A program made the position numbers and the translations under genes. Shown in pieces: positions 32,906 to 45,341 of a stretch of DNA of 64,000 nt. The notes beneath the pieces were generated by a model, which made no database searches, was not told where the DNA came from, and was given only the letters and a program-made list of their open reading frames with translations. Position 1 is the first letter of the stretch. The number at the start of each line of letters is the position of its first letter. The DNA comes from Malacoraja senta (Eukaryota), in NCBI GenBank assembly GCA_038087875.1, contig JAXLNO010002386.1, forward strand, positions 372,001 to 436,000. Reading direction: 5' to 3'.

Positions 32906-34464
32906 GCTGAGGCCAACTGAACAGTGATCATTTTATTGAATGGTGGGACAAGTTTGGTGACTATTCTCAGGGGCTGATAGCCTACTACTGTTCTATTTCC
33001 TCCTGTTCTTGATAGTTCCCCTCATGGAGGAAACTAGACCTTGGAGGCCAAGGTTTCAAACTGAGGAGAAAATTGTTTTATTTTTCTCCCAGATGATAAC
33101 GAATCATGGGAATTTTCAACTGCAGAGTGTAGATTCATTACGTTACTGAGAAGGGTGGATTTGTTTCTTTGGGAAGTTGTGGGTTACTGGCTACAGACTC
33201 TTCTGGTCATGAGTAGATCAGTCATGACCTAATTGAGCTGCAGAACAGACTTTACTCATGGCCAACAAATACTTCATTTTTCTTGTGATCTCTACAATTA
33301 CCCACTACAATCATTGCACTCTTACTTGTTTATGATTGCACTCACGTATGGTGTATTATGACTGGATAGCATGCAAAACATGGTATTTCACTGTATTTTT
33401 GTACACATTACAATAATAAACTCAACTCAACTTTAGGGAGAAGGGAGCAGAATAATGTGGCCTCTATCAGTGGTTGAGTAACATGGACTAAAACATTGGT
33501 TTGGACTAATTCTGCCAGTGGCTTGTGGGCCTATTCCTGCTTCTCCTTTCTTGTGTTCATGTATTTGATGTCTCTTGCTTACTGTGGTCACTGCTGTGAG
33601 TTATAACTCCAGTAACATAAGCAAATTAGTTCAGCACTATCCGAGCAAAATTAAAAGCATTTTTTAAAATGCAGACTTAAATCTGGTGTAGTGAGGGAGA
33701 AACACAGACATCTTTGGGTTGATTGAAATGATTTTGGTTAAGAGCTGAAAATTAAAATGAATAGAAATTAACATTTTGACATTAGACTTCAGAGGTACAT
33801 CACGGAAGCAGGCCCTTCGGCCCACCGAGTCCTCGCTAACTCCCCGTACAATAGTACTATACCACGACAGGTGACAATTTACAATTTTACCAACGCAAAT
33901 TAACCTAAAAGCCTGTACTTCTTTGAGATGTGGGAGGAAACTGGAGCACCCAGAGAAAAACAATGCAGTCACACATGGAGATGCAGGGAGAATGTACAAA
34001 CACTGTACAGACAGCACCGTTAGTCAGAATCAACCTGAGTCTCTGCTGCTATAGGCAGCAACTCTACCCTTGCAACACTGAGGATATCTTGAATTACAAA
34101 AGCAATATTTTGGGCTCATCACCAACCATACAAGCACCTGCATTCTTTATATGGTACATTAATATGGAGTTTATTGCATTGAAACAGGCCCACAAGCCTG
34201 CCCTGTTGTTCAATACAATCCCTCAGTCATTCCTGATCTGGTTTGATTAGGATGCAAATAAAAGCTTTTCACTATATCACAATACAAGTAACAATAATAA
34301 ACCAATACCAATGCTATTGTGTAAGTTCTCCCCATATATGATAGATAGATCCTTGATAAATTTGTAGACACCATCGCCGTCTATATCCACCACCATTTGC
34401 TGCACAGTTTCAATGTCCAAACTAGCTTCCAATATAACTGTTTTACAGAATTCCATTTTGAGTT

Positions 34465-34975
34465 GAAAGATACAACATGGAAACAGGCCCTTCAGCCCAC
34501 CATGCTGACCACCGGTCACCCCTTCACACTAGTTCAATGTTATCCCACTTTTTTGTCCAATCCCCACACACGCTAGGGGAAATTTACAGATGTCAATTAA
34601 CTGACAAACCCACACACCTGTGGAATGTGGGAGAAAACCAGAGCACCCGGGAAGAACCCAGATGGTCACAGGAAGAAGGAACAAAATCTATACAGTAGCT
34701 AGACAAAAATGCTGGAGAAACTCAGGGGGTGAGGCAGCATCTATGGAGCGAAGGAATAGTTTTGGGTCAAGACCCTTCTTGGAGGGTCTCAACCGGAAAC
34801 GTCGCCTATTCCTTTGCTCCATAGATGCTGCCTCACCCGCTGAGTTTCTCCAGCATTTTTGTCTACCTTCGATTTTTCCAGCATCTGCAGTTCTTTCTTA
34901 AAGAAAATCTACACGGACAATACCAGAGGTCAGGATCTAACGCTGGTCTCTGGTGCTGTGAGGCAGCAGCTCTAC
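34465..34975 (-). mobile_element. V-SINE interrupted by an inverted pair of Penelope terminal repeats (about 34700-34905)
   Basis: The SINE tail and core lie left of 34700 and the head lies right of 34905; the insert is self-complementary. Confidence 0.75.
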
Positions 34976-35489
34976 CTGTTGTGGACAGTGTTTGGTTTCC
35001 TCCTTTTTGTTCTGCATTGTAATGATTCAAGTCAGGATAGGCATTGGATTTATGGGTCTCCTGAATCATAACATAAGGAGCAGTTAGCAGCATAAGAATG
35101 GAGCGTTATCTGAAACGTAATTACAGTTCCAGGCAACTACGCCCTGCCTTTCCATTCCATTTGCTATAGAGTGCGAACAAAACAAAGTGCTGGAGTAACT
35201 CAGCAGGTCGGGCAACATCTCTGGAGGACATTGACAGGCGCTGTTTCAGATTGGGACCCTACTTCAGACTGACAATAGTCACCTATCCGTTTTCTCCAAA
35301 GATGCTGCTCGACCCGTTGAGTTACTCCAGCGCTTTGTGTCTATCGTCACCTATCTATGCCCTCCGGAGTTGTGACCTGACCTGTTGAGTTACACCAGCA
35401 CTTTGTGTCTTTTGTTGTTGTAAATCGGCATCAGCTCCTCCTCGTGTCTCCATTACAGTCAATTGTTTCCTGCTGGTTCAATGACATCG

Positions 35490-35532
35490 CTCGACAACTG
35501 GTGACGACCCGTGGTATTTTGATTCTGATTGC
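35490..35532 (+). promoter_or_regulatory. Candidate MHC X1/X2/Y promoter module
   Basis: ctcgacaactgg (X1-like), TGACG at 35502-35506 (X2/CRE half-site) and CTGATTGC at 35525-35532 (Y-box CTGATTGG with one mismatch). Spacing is close to that of mammalian MHC promoters, and the module lies about 55 bp before an ATG. Confidence 0.45.
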
Positions 35533-35585
35533 ATGATGAGATCCTGCTTTGATGTTGGTGCAGTTTGGCTCAGTTGCTGCTGTTG

Positions 35586-35658
35586 ATGCGTGAGGTTGTG
35601 CGTGAAATGATGCTGTTCATCTTGTTGAGTTTCTTCCGCGTACAAGGGGCTGAAGCAG
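35586..35658 (+). CDS. Candidate signal-peptide (leader) exon, phase 1, GC donor
   Basis: MREVVREMMLFILLSFFRVQGAEA+G has a hydrophobic core and an A-E-A cleavage motif, and ends CAG|GCAAGT. An alternative start lies at 35607. No downstream exon was identified. Confidence 0.55.
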
Positions 35659-35929
35659 GCAAGTTAATGATTTTCATTGTATTCGCTACTGGCTAAAAGC
35701 GTCTTGGCTTTATCTCAATCTTGACCGGAGGCGACTGAGTTTAAACAAGCGCGCAATACACATTCAGTCTGGTTCATGGTTCACGTTAAAAGGGTTTAAT
35801 CTCCACTGTTTCAGTACAATCCAGACTGGAATTTCTGCATTGATTTGCACAATGCCCCGTTTCCTCTGTGGAAGAAGGAACTACAGATATTGCTTTAAAC
35901 TGATTTTAACTCGTGTAAAACAAACAGGA

Positions 35930-36850
35930 GCGAGGCATTCACTAGGGTTTCCTCGCTGCTCCGCTCTTGCTCTCCCTTCCCCCCACATTCATAACAAGGA
36001 CAGAGTCCCCCTTGTCCTCACCTTCCACCCCATCAGCCGTCGCACAGCATATGATCCTCCATCATTTTTGCCACCTCCAACAGGATCCCAATACTGGCCA
36101 CATCTTCCCATCTCCACCTCTTTCTGCTTTCCGTGGAGACCGTTCCCTCCGAAATTCCCTGGTCAACTCGTCCTTTTCCACCCAAACCACCCCCTCCCCA
36201 GGTACTTTCCCCTGCAACAGCAGGAGATGCAACACGTGTCCCTTTCCCTCCCTTCTCGTCTCCATCCAAGGACCCAACCAGTCTTTCCAGGTGAGGCAGA
36301 GGTTCACTTGCACCTCCTCCAATTTCATCTACTGCATCCGCAGTTGCAGGTGTCAACGTATCTACATCAGTGAGGCCAAACACAGGCTCGGCAATCATTT
36401 CACTGAACTACTCCGCTCTGTCCATCTTAACCTACCTGATCTCCTGGTTGCTCAGCACTTCAACTTCCCCTCCCATTCACAATCAGACCTTTCTGTCCTG
36501 GGCCTCCTCCATGGTCAGAGTGAGGCCCAGTGCAAATTGGAGGAACAGCACCTCATATTTTGCTTGGGTAGTTTACACCCCAGCGGTATGAACATTGACT
36601 TCTCTAACTTTAAATATCCCTTGCGTTCCCTCTCTATCCCCTCCCCCTTCCCAGTTCTCCCACCAGTCTTAATGTCTTCAACTACATTCCATCTTTGTCC
36701 CGTCAACTCCCCTGACATCAGTCTGAAGAAGGGTCTCGACCCGATAGGTCGCCCATTCCTTCTCTCCAGAGATGCTGCCTGCCTGCTGAGTTACTCCAGC
36801 ATTTTGTGTCTACCTTTGAGTTAAACCAGCATCTGCAGTTCTTTCTTACA
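35930..36850 (+). mobile_element. Penelope-like element 3' fragment: GIY-YIG domain plus terminal repeat
   Basis: ORF 35967-36824 reads NFIYCIRSCRCQRIYISEAKHRLGNHFTE...LEEQHLIFCLGSLHPSGMN. It is followed by the hammerhead-like terminal unit (36723-36750) and the repeat end at about 36850. Confidence 0.9.
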
Positions 36851-36999
36851 CAAAGTGCATTGTTTGACAGGTTCATGTTTATGGCCAAATGTGGGAAGAG
36901 AGTGAGGCACTAGTACAATGCAAAATCAATAAAAGATTAGCACACACTGTGGATTTGTTATTGACTGAGTGACAACTCTTAGCTCCAAACGTGCGGTCG

Positions 37000-38330
37000 T
37001 CACGTTTACATGGTTTATTAATGATTTGGATAAGGGGATTGAATGTTTTGTGGCCACGTTTGCAGATGATGCTAAAATAGGTGGAGGGGCAGGCAGTGTA
37101 GAGGATGCAAGGACTTTGCAGAAGGACTTGTTCGGGTTAGGAGAGTGGGCAGAGAAGTGGCAGATGAAATTCAGTATAGCAAAGTGTGGGAGACATGCAT
37201 TTGGTAATAAGAATAAAGGCGTAGATTATTTTACAAATGGAGGGAGAATCCAGAAATCGGAGGCACACAGTGACATGGGAGTGTTGGTGCAGGACTCCCA
37301 AAAAGGTTAATTTGCAAATTGAATCGGTAGTCAGGAAGGTGATTTATATCAAGAGCACTGGATTACAAAAACAGAAATGTCATTCTGAGGCTTCAAAAGC
37401 GCTGGTCAGGCCACGTTTGGAGTACAGTGTACAAATTTGGGCCCCCTATCTGAGGAAGGATGTGCTGGCTCTGGTTCAGAGGAGGTTTACAAGAATAATT
37501 CCATGAATGAGTGGGTTAGCATGTGATGATAGTTTGACAGGACTGTGCCTCTACTCGCTGGAGGTAAGAAGGTTGAGGGGGGAACCTCATTGAAACTGAC
37601 AGAATAATGAAAGGCAAAGATAGAGTGGATGTGGAAAGGATGTTTCCACTGGTGGGTGAGTCTAGGACCAGAGGTCATAGCCTCAGAATTAAAGGGTGCT
37701 CTTTTAGAAAGGAGGTGAGGAGGAATTTCTTTAGTCAGAGGGTAGTTAATCTGTGGAACACATTGCCACAGAGGGCTGTGAAGGCCAAGTTGGTGGATAT
37801 TTTTAAGGCAGACATCGACAAATTTTTGATTAGAACGGGTTATCATGGAGAGAAGGCAGGAAAATGGGATTAGGAGGCACAGATCAGCCATAATGGAATG
37901 GTGGAGTAGACTCGATGGGCCGAATGGCCTACTTCTACTCCTGTAACATGAACGTGTACAGGTTAGGAGAGTGGGCAGAGAATTGGCAGATGAAATCCAG
38001 TATAGCACAGTGTGGAGACATGCATTTTGGTAATAAGAATAAAGGCGTAGATTATTTTACAAATGGAGAGAGAATTCAGAAATTGGAGGCACACAGTGAC
38101 GGGAGTGGTGGTGCAGGACTCTCAAAAGGTTAATTTGCAAATTGAATCGGTAGTCAGGAAGGTGATTTATATCAAGAGGACTGGAATACAAAAACAGAAA
38201 ATGCCGCCCGATTTGTAAGAGTGTCAAAGGTCACAGGGAGATGACAGGAGAACGGCACTGAGAGGTAACGATAGGTCAGCCATGATTAAATTGTGGAGTA
38301 AACTCGATGGGCTGAACAACCAAATTCTGC
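37000..38330 (+). mobile_element. CR1 RT-to-3' fragment with a local 245-bp internal duplication
   Basis: FINDLD...FADDAKIGG RT motif; 37135-37379 is repeated at 37961-38203. Confidence 0.88.
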
Positions 38331-39254
38331 ACCTTTGACTTATGAAGTGAGTCAAAGTTCAGAACATGAGGGATGATCTTTTTATTTCTCCCCAGACTGG
38401 TGTGTCTGGAACCAACATTCACAGTTTAAAAATAAGGGTTCAGACATTCTTATGGCACCAAAACAATGGTGACACTTGTGTATTGCCTAGGTTAGGTCTG
38501 CTATATGATTTTACCGAGTTGTATACGGAACGAAGCATTTCACTGTACCTAGTTGCATGTGACAACAAAATATCATTGAATCATTGAATTCAGTGCAGTA
38601 ATGAGATGAAATTAGTTTTAATTAGTCTTTCAAATTCTCTGTCCAAGAAGGCTGCAGGCATTCAGTCAATCAGATGCTTGAGGCAGGGATAGGAATATGC
38701 TTGGATACAAAAGGAATCCGGAATTGGGAAAAATGGTGGTCTGTTAGAGGATCGGTTATGATCTTATAGAATATCAGAGATTGGGAACAAAGGATGAATG
38801 GCAACATTTTGCTTATGTTAGGTTTGATCCCACTCCACAAGAGAGTCCAGAAGGAAAGAGAGTATAGAATGTTCAATGTGCTGACTACAAAACAATGACA
38901 TTCATGTAGCAGACCTGTAAGACAATACAAATAGATAACATACTAAAAATCCAGTTAATTGATAATCCCAATACATGTGCACAAACACCGCAAATGCTTA
39001 GTTTAACCAAAGACAGTCCATAGGTCCACAGGGTCCGACTCGACACATTACCTATCCATTCTCACCAGCGATGCTGCCTGATCTGCTGAGTTACTCCAAC
39101 ACTTTGTCTTTATTTTGTTCATTAATCATAGCTGAGTATAGTGTCGTTCAGGGTTCAATATAAAAGAAGATTTTAATGATCACATTCCAGCACGCATCTC
39201 CAGAGCCAAACAAAACAATGACATTCTCCTTTGATGGTAATAATCTAATTTGGT

Positions 39255-42200
39255 GAATAGAATAGAATAGAATAGAAACTTTATTTGCCACACGACCAGG
39301 GTTGGTGGTAATTGGGTTCGGTACATGATGGTACACTGCTTTAGCACATTAACACTAACAACAATAATAATAAAGCACATCACAAATCACAAATCTCACC
39401 AACAATACATAGTGCAAAAGAACAGACAAAAACCATAGACAAGACACTGTATACATCAAAGTCAAAAAGTTATTGGAGGGAATTAAGTGTTCTTATTGCT
39501 GAGGGGAAGAAACTGTTTTTAAAACGGGTAGATTTTGTAGCAAGTGACCTAAGGCGCCTCCCTGAAGGGAGAGACTGGAAAAGGTGGTTTGCTGGATGGG
39601 AGGGGTCCGAGATGATCTTTGTTGCCCGTTTTGAGGTACGTTGGAGGTAAATGGAATGGATTGAGGGGAGGGGAGAGTTGATGATCCTAGAGGCCTTGGA
39701 GACAATGCGCTGTATTCTGTGTAGTGAATGACTGTCAGTGTTTCCGTACCAGACTGTGGTTGAGGAGGTGATGATGCTTTCAATGATGGATTGATAGCAG
39801 CGTACCAGGAGGTGTTTGTGGACTCTGAACTTCTTGAGCTGTCTGAGGAAGTATAGGCGTTGTTGTCCTTTCTTAATGATGTGGTCAGCATTGATGTGCC
39901 ATTTTAGATTATTGCAGATATAGGTGCCCAGAAACTTAAATAAGTTCGTGGAGGTTATGGGATGGGAGTTGACATGGACCGGGGGTTTGAGGTTTTGTTT
40001 GCGTCTGAAATCTATGATGGTTTCTAAGGTTTTTGAGGTGTTAAGCTGGAGGTTGTTGTCTGCGCACCATTTGACTGCGCTGTCCACTGTTTGATGGTAT
40101 TGTGATTCATTGTTGTCTGAGATGAGGCCAATTATTGTTGTGTCGTCTGCATATTTGAAAATTTTAACTGAGCTGCATTGGGATGTGAGGTTGTTGGTGT
40201 AAAGTGAGAAGAGCTGAGGTGACAGAACGCACCCTTGAGGGGCTCCTGTATTGATAGTCTGGAGAGTTGGAGAGTTTTTCACCCACCTTGACTCTTTGTT
40301 GTCTGTTTGTCGGAAAATGTAAAATCCAATGGCACATGGCTAGGTGAATGCCCATGTCCAACAGTTTATTGTAGATTTTACTTCAGAGTCACGTGAGTGA
40401 CTACGTGAAGAAGCCCGTCAGTGCGCCTGCGCGTCATTACGTCAGACGCCTTGACGCAAACGGACGTGAGGAGCAGTGCTCCTCGAGTGGTTTGTAGTTT
40501 TTCAACTACAAGGTAAGTAAAAACTTTTTTACAGGTTTGCCAGGTCCGTTTACTGTGGGTCTATGGCGATTTTTTCCACAGACGCCATGGGAAAAAACGG
40601 ACAGGGGGAAGAGGCGAGCGACATAGCCGACAGAAGTCGGGAAAGTCGGGAGTCCGCGGTTAGAGACCAACCGCCTCTAAACCCCGGTACAGTCGCCAGC
40701 GGTGAGCATAGCGACTGTGGACCTGGGGCTGGTGAAAACACAGTCAGTGCCTGTCGGGCAAAAGACAAAGTTTAAATCCCAACGGAGGGAGTCCCAGGCA
40801 ATGAAGAAGCTCCAGGGCTAGATACTGCTTTAGAGCGTATTGCCCAAATAGAAAGCCTTTTACACAGGCTGTTGGAGCAACGTTCACTCAGTGAGGAGTG
40901 TTCTGAAAGCCAAGCTGCTGGAAACAGCTCAAACAGCTCCTGGTACAGGGCTAGATACTGCTTTCGAGCGTATTGCCCAAATAGAAGCCTTTTTCATAGG
41001 TTGTTGGAGCAAAAGTTCACTCAGGAAGGATTGTACTGTAATCCAAGCTGCAGGAGCAGCTTAACAGCACCTGGCTCAGGGCTGATGGAATGCACCCTCA
41101 GGAATGAGGAGCGTGCTACGGGTCATGAGATTTCAGACCCCGACTCTGACGGTGAGGCTGTACAAGGCGATGAAAGGCAGCTGCCAGATGTTCCAACCCT
41201 GGTAGTAGGATTCGCTGCCCCGTCAGGGTCAGGAGAGCAATTAGGAAGAACTGGCCTCCTTAATAAATTACTTGGTTTACCATTAGCTGGAACAGCATGA
41301 AATGGATGAGACTGCAAGAGTATCTGGAATCAGTTGCAGAGAATATTAAAGCTGCTGGGTTCTGGAATAACTGCTTTTACCAGAATAGCAGGTAACAACC
41401 AAAAGATGACGAAGTTGCATCAGCAAGCACTGGGGTTGCTATGCAGCACCCACTTCGAGAAGTGCTATACGGTCTACTATGAATCCGAAATTCGCAGCAC
41501 TCTGCAAACCAAGTAATATACAAATTACCCAACTTACTCTTTGGAGAGATCTTGGGAGACGTATTAAAGAGTTGGAAGATGAAGCGAAAACAGGATTGAT
41601 GAAGACATCAATGGTTGTGAAGTCTGTAAAGAGGAAGTATCCTTTCAGACGTCATACGGATCCTGGACCAAGTCGCTCATCAACGCAGGGACGTAGTTGG
41701 CGGCCTGCAGCGGGAGCAAGAACCAGTGGGCGTGCTTCCGGGAGAACCCAGGAATCTCAGGGTACTGAAATGACTCAAGAGGTAGGTGGACCTGGTTCTC
41801 ATGGGAACATACTAACTGGATTAAGTCCAAAAGTTGGAGGCAGGTTACATTTCTTCTATAATAATTGGAAGAAAATTATTTCAGATGTGGTAATCCTGAA
41901 TAATATACAAGGATTTCGAATTGAATTCAATCCAAATTATGATTTGCCTGTTCAGCATGTTCCTAGCCGAACTCTGCACTTTGTAGAAAAAGAAGTGATG
42001 GAGGTTCAGGTTGCAATTGAAACCCTATATAAAAAAAGGGGTTATTGAAAAATCAGTCTACCAAAGTCACCAATTTGTGTCAAAAATATTCCCTCGATCA
42101 AAAAAGGATGGAGGATGTAGGATTCTTGTAGATTTGATAAATCTGAATCCTTTTGTGCAATTTAGACATTTTAAAATGGAAACATTTGTGACTGCCAAAC

Positions 42201-45200
42201 AGCTTATTTCAGAAGCATGTTATATGGCAACTATAGACTTGAAAGATGCATATTATTCAGTGTCTGTTCATTCACAAGATAGGAAGTATCTTAAATTTAA
42301 ATGGATGAACCAGTTGTGGCAGTTCAAAGCTCTGCCTAATGGGTTAATATCTGCACTCAGAATATTCACAAAAATTGTTAAACCAATTCTGGGCTTGCTG
42401 AGTAGCCAGGGGCATGTACTAATGGCATATTTGGATGATGTCTTGATTATAGGAAAGACAAAACAGTCAACAGAAGTATCTGTTGCAGTTGTGAAATCAA
42501 CTTTTGAAAAGTTGGGGTTTCTAATTCATCCACAGAAATCTAGGTTAACACCATGTACCTCTATTAATTATTTGGGGTTCACAATTGATTCAGTCCAAAT
42601 GAATATCACTTTGCCCAGGGAAAAGGGTGGATTTGATTAAAGATTGCAGTAATCTCCTAAACGAGCAAAAACCTTCAATTAGACAGGTGGCTCGTGTACT
42701 GGGAAAATTAGTAGCAGCATTCCCAGCAGTCCAATTTGGACCATTACATTATCAACAACTGCAGAGACTTAAAGAACAGGCACCGAGAATGCATGTTGGT
42801 CATTTTGATAGAACCATGCAACTAACAACAAATGCTGTTTCTGGTCTGCAGTGGTGGATTCTACATGTCTCAAGCAGTTCCAGCAAAGTGCTGATTGAAC
42901 AACCTTCCATGATATTACAAACTGATGCCAGTGCACCAGGATGGGGTGCAACTGACTTAACGTCTAGCTGAGGAGGCAGATGGAATCAGGAAGAGTCATT
43001 GTTACTGCAGACATGGGGAATTAACTATTTGGAGCTTCTAGGATGTTTCTATGGGCTCCAAGCTTATTGTTCTAACACAACTAATAAGCATGTTCAAGTT
43101 CAAATTGATAACACGACAGTAGTTGTTTATATTAATGATATGGAATTAAGTCGGTGTCTTGTGACAAAATGGTTAATCAACTTTGGGCTTGGTGTATTGA
43201 AAAGAACATTTGGATTTCAGCTATCTATCTACCAGGTAGAATGAACGATAGCAGACACCAAGTCACGAAAAGTTACATTATAATAAAGAATGGATGTTGA
43301 ATCAAGAGGTGTTCAATGATATAGTCATCAGATTTGGAATGACCGACATCGACTTGAATCATCAGCTATCGAGATATGTCTCATGGAAACCAGATCCAGG
43401 AGCAGTGGCGATTGATGCTTTCTCGCTACATTGGGGTGGTATGTTTCCATATATATTTCCACCTTTCTGCCTCATAAGCCAATGTTTGCTTAAAATCAGG
43501 CAAGATGCTGCTTCAAGGGTATTGGTAGTACCAGATTGGCCTACACAGCCATGGTATCCGTTGATATTAGAATTAACAACACAAATGTTGATGAAGTCCC
43601 AAAAAAGAGTAATTTATTGCTGCTCCCTGTACAGGGGAACAACATCCATTATATGATCGTTTGGATTTGTTGATTTGCAGGTTTTAAGAATGCCTTTTCT
43701 GGGACGAGGACTGTCTGAGCATACTGTGGACATGCTTACGGCAGCCTGGAGGAAGAGCACTCAAAAACAGTACCTTTCTTATATTAAGAAATGGGAAAAG
43801 TTCTGGGTACAAAAGAATGTGCAATAAAGTACTGCAGATATTTCAAATGTTTAGAATTTCTGTCAAAACTTTATTATGATGAAGGTCTGAGTTGTAGTGT
43901 AATTAATTCAGCCAGAAGTGCATTGTCCTCATATTTGGTTCTGGATTCAGAAAGAATCTCAATTGGGTCACACCCAATTGTTTCCAGACTAATGAAAGGA
44001 ATCTTTAATTCCAAACCACCGAAACCTAGGTGCGTGACAATCTGGGATGTAAGTGTGGTACTGAAACTACTTTGTGATGGTTATCAAGTGTGTCTTTACC
44101 TTTGGTCAAGCTCAGTATGAAAGTATTCATGTTTATGGCATGAGTGACAGCACAACGAGTGCAAACACTTGGAAAATTACAAATAGATAGTATGGAAGTA
44201 ACTGAAGACAAGGTTACATTCTATATCTATGACCTAATAAAGCAAATTAGGCCAGGTGTGACAGGATTTAAAATTATGCTGGCAGCATATCCAAATGATC
44301 CATGTCTTTGTATTAAGACATATTTATTACAATACATTGAGGTCACAAAGAATTTGAGAATACGGAAACTGGGTTTTTGATCACACACAAGAAACCACAC
44401 AAGAGAGTTTCAATACAGACTATTTCCAGATGGATAAAAGAAGTCTTAACAGCTGCTGGTATTAACACTTATGTTTTTACGTCTCACTCGACTAGGGCAG
44501 CAGAAATGTCGGCGGCCAGGGCAAAAGATGGCCCCGTCGACCATATCCTCGCAGCCGCAGGGTGGTCCAATGAGTTGATGTTTCAACATTTTTACCATCG
44601 GCCTATTGTTAATGCGGGGTTGTTTGCAGAAACTATTTTAAGTTCTGTGTAAATTCCTCTGGTTTAAAGGGGATCTGATTCATTTCATTCTTGAAATGAA
44701 TTACTGCATTTGTGGTACAAATGTTATTATGAATGCATGATTGATTATTCTCGTTCCGAGTCAATCTATGCAGTGAGAAGCCGGGATTGATCCACGGCAT
44801 GAAATCACAAAGCTTTAAAATCTTCACGTAGTCACTCACGTGACTCCGAAGTAAAATAGTAAGATTAAACGAGAACTTACCTAAATTTGAAGTTTGATCT
44901 TTATTTTATGAGGAGTTACGCAGGTGATTACGTGCCCGCCACGACCCTACCCTCTATCATAAAGGTCAGATGGAAGTTCTTGTATTACTCGTTTTAGTAT
45001 GAGACTATATTACTTCGGTTCTTGTTTTTTGTGATTTCACACCGCTGCTTTGAAGATTGACGCGCAGGCGCACTGACGGGCTTCTTCACGTAATCACCTA
45101 CGTAACTCCTCATAAAATAAAGATCAAACTTCAAACTTAGGTAAGTTCTCGTTTAATCTTACTAGTTTAATTGGGTGTATAGTATTAAAGGCCGAGCTAA

Positions 45201-45341
45201 AATCTATAAACAGGATGCGTGCATAAGTGTTCGGTGATTCCAAATGATGTAGGGAGTAGTGAAGAGCTAGGTTGATAGCATCCTCCACAGACCGGTTGGC
45301 GCTGTATGCAAATTGAAAAGGGTCCATGCAAATTGAAAAGG
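39255..45341 (-). mobile_element. Rex1/Babar-type LINE split by DIRS copy 2 (host parts 39255-40375 and 45165-45341)
   Basis: [17 protein letters not shown] and KKGQQRLYFLRQL motifs and a (ctatt)n tail. The two parts rejoin in frame as ...[19 protein letters not shown]... Confidence 0.93.
40376..45164 (+). mobile_element. DIRS1-type retrotransposon, copy 2, structurally complete (4789 bp), coding regions degenerate
   Basis: The left end is ttttacttcagagtcacg.... ITRs lie at about 40402-40436 and 45058-45091. The ICR at 44821-44934 is complementary to both ends, with the circle junction gtaaaa|tagtaag at 44856/44857. Gag-like, RT (YLDD), RNase H (TDASAPGWG), MT-like and YR (AQR, SHSTRAA, FY) remnants carry stops and frameshifts. 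Confidence 0.96.
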
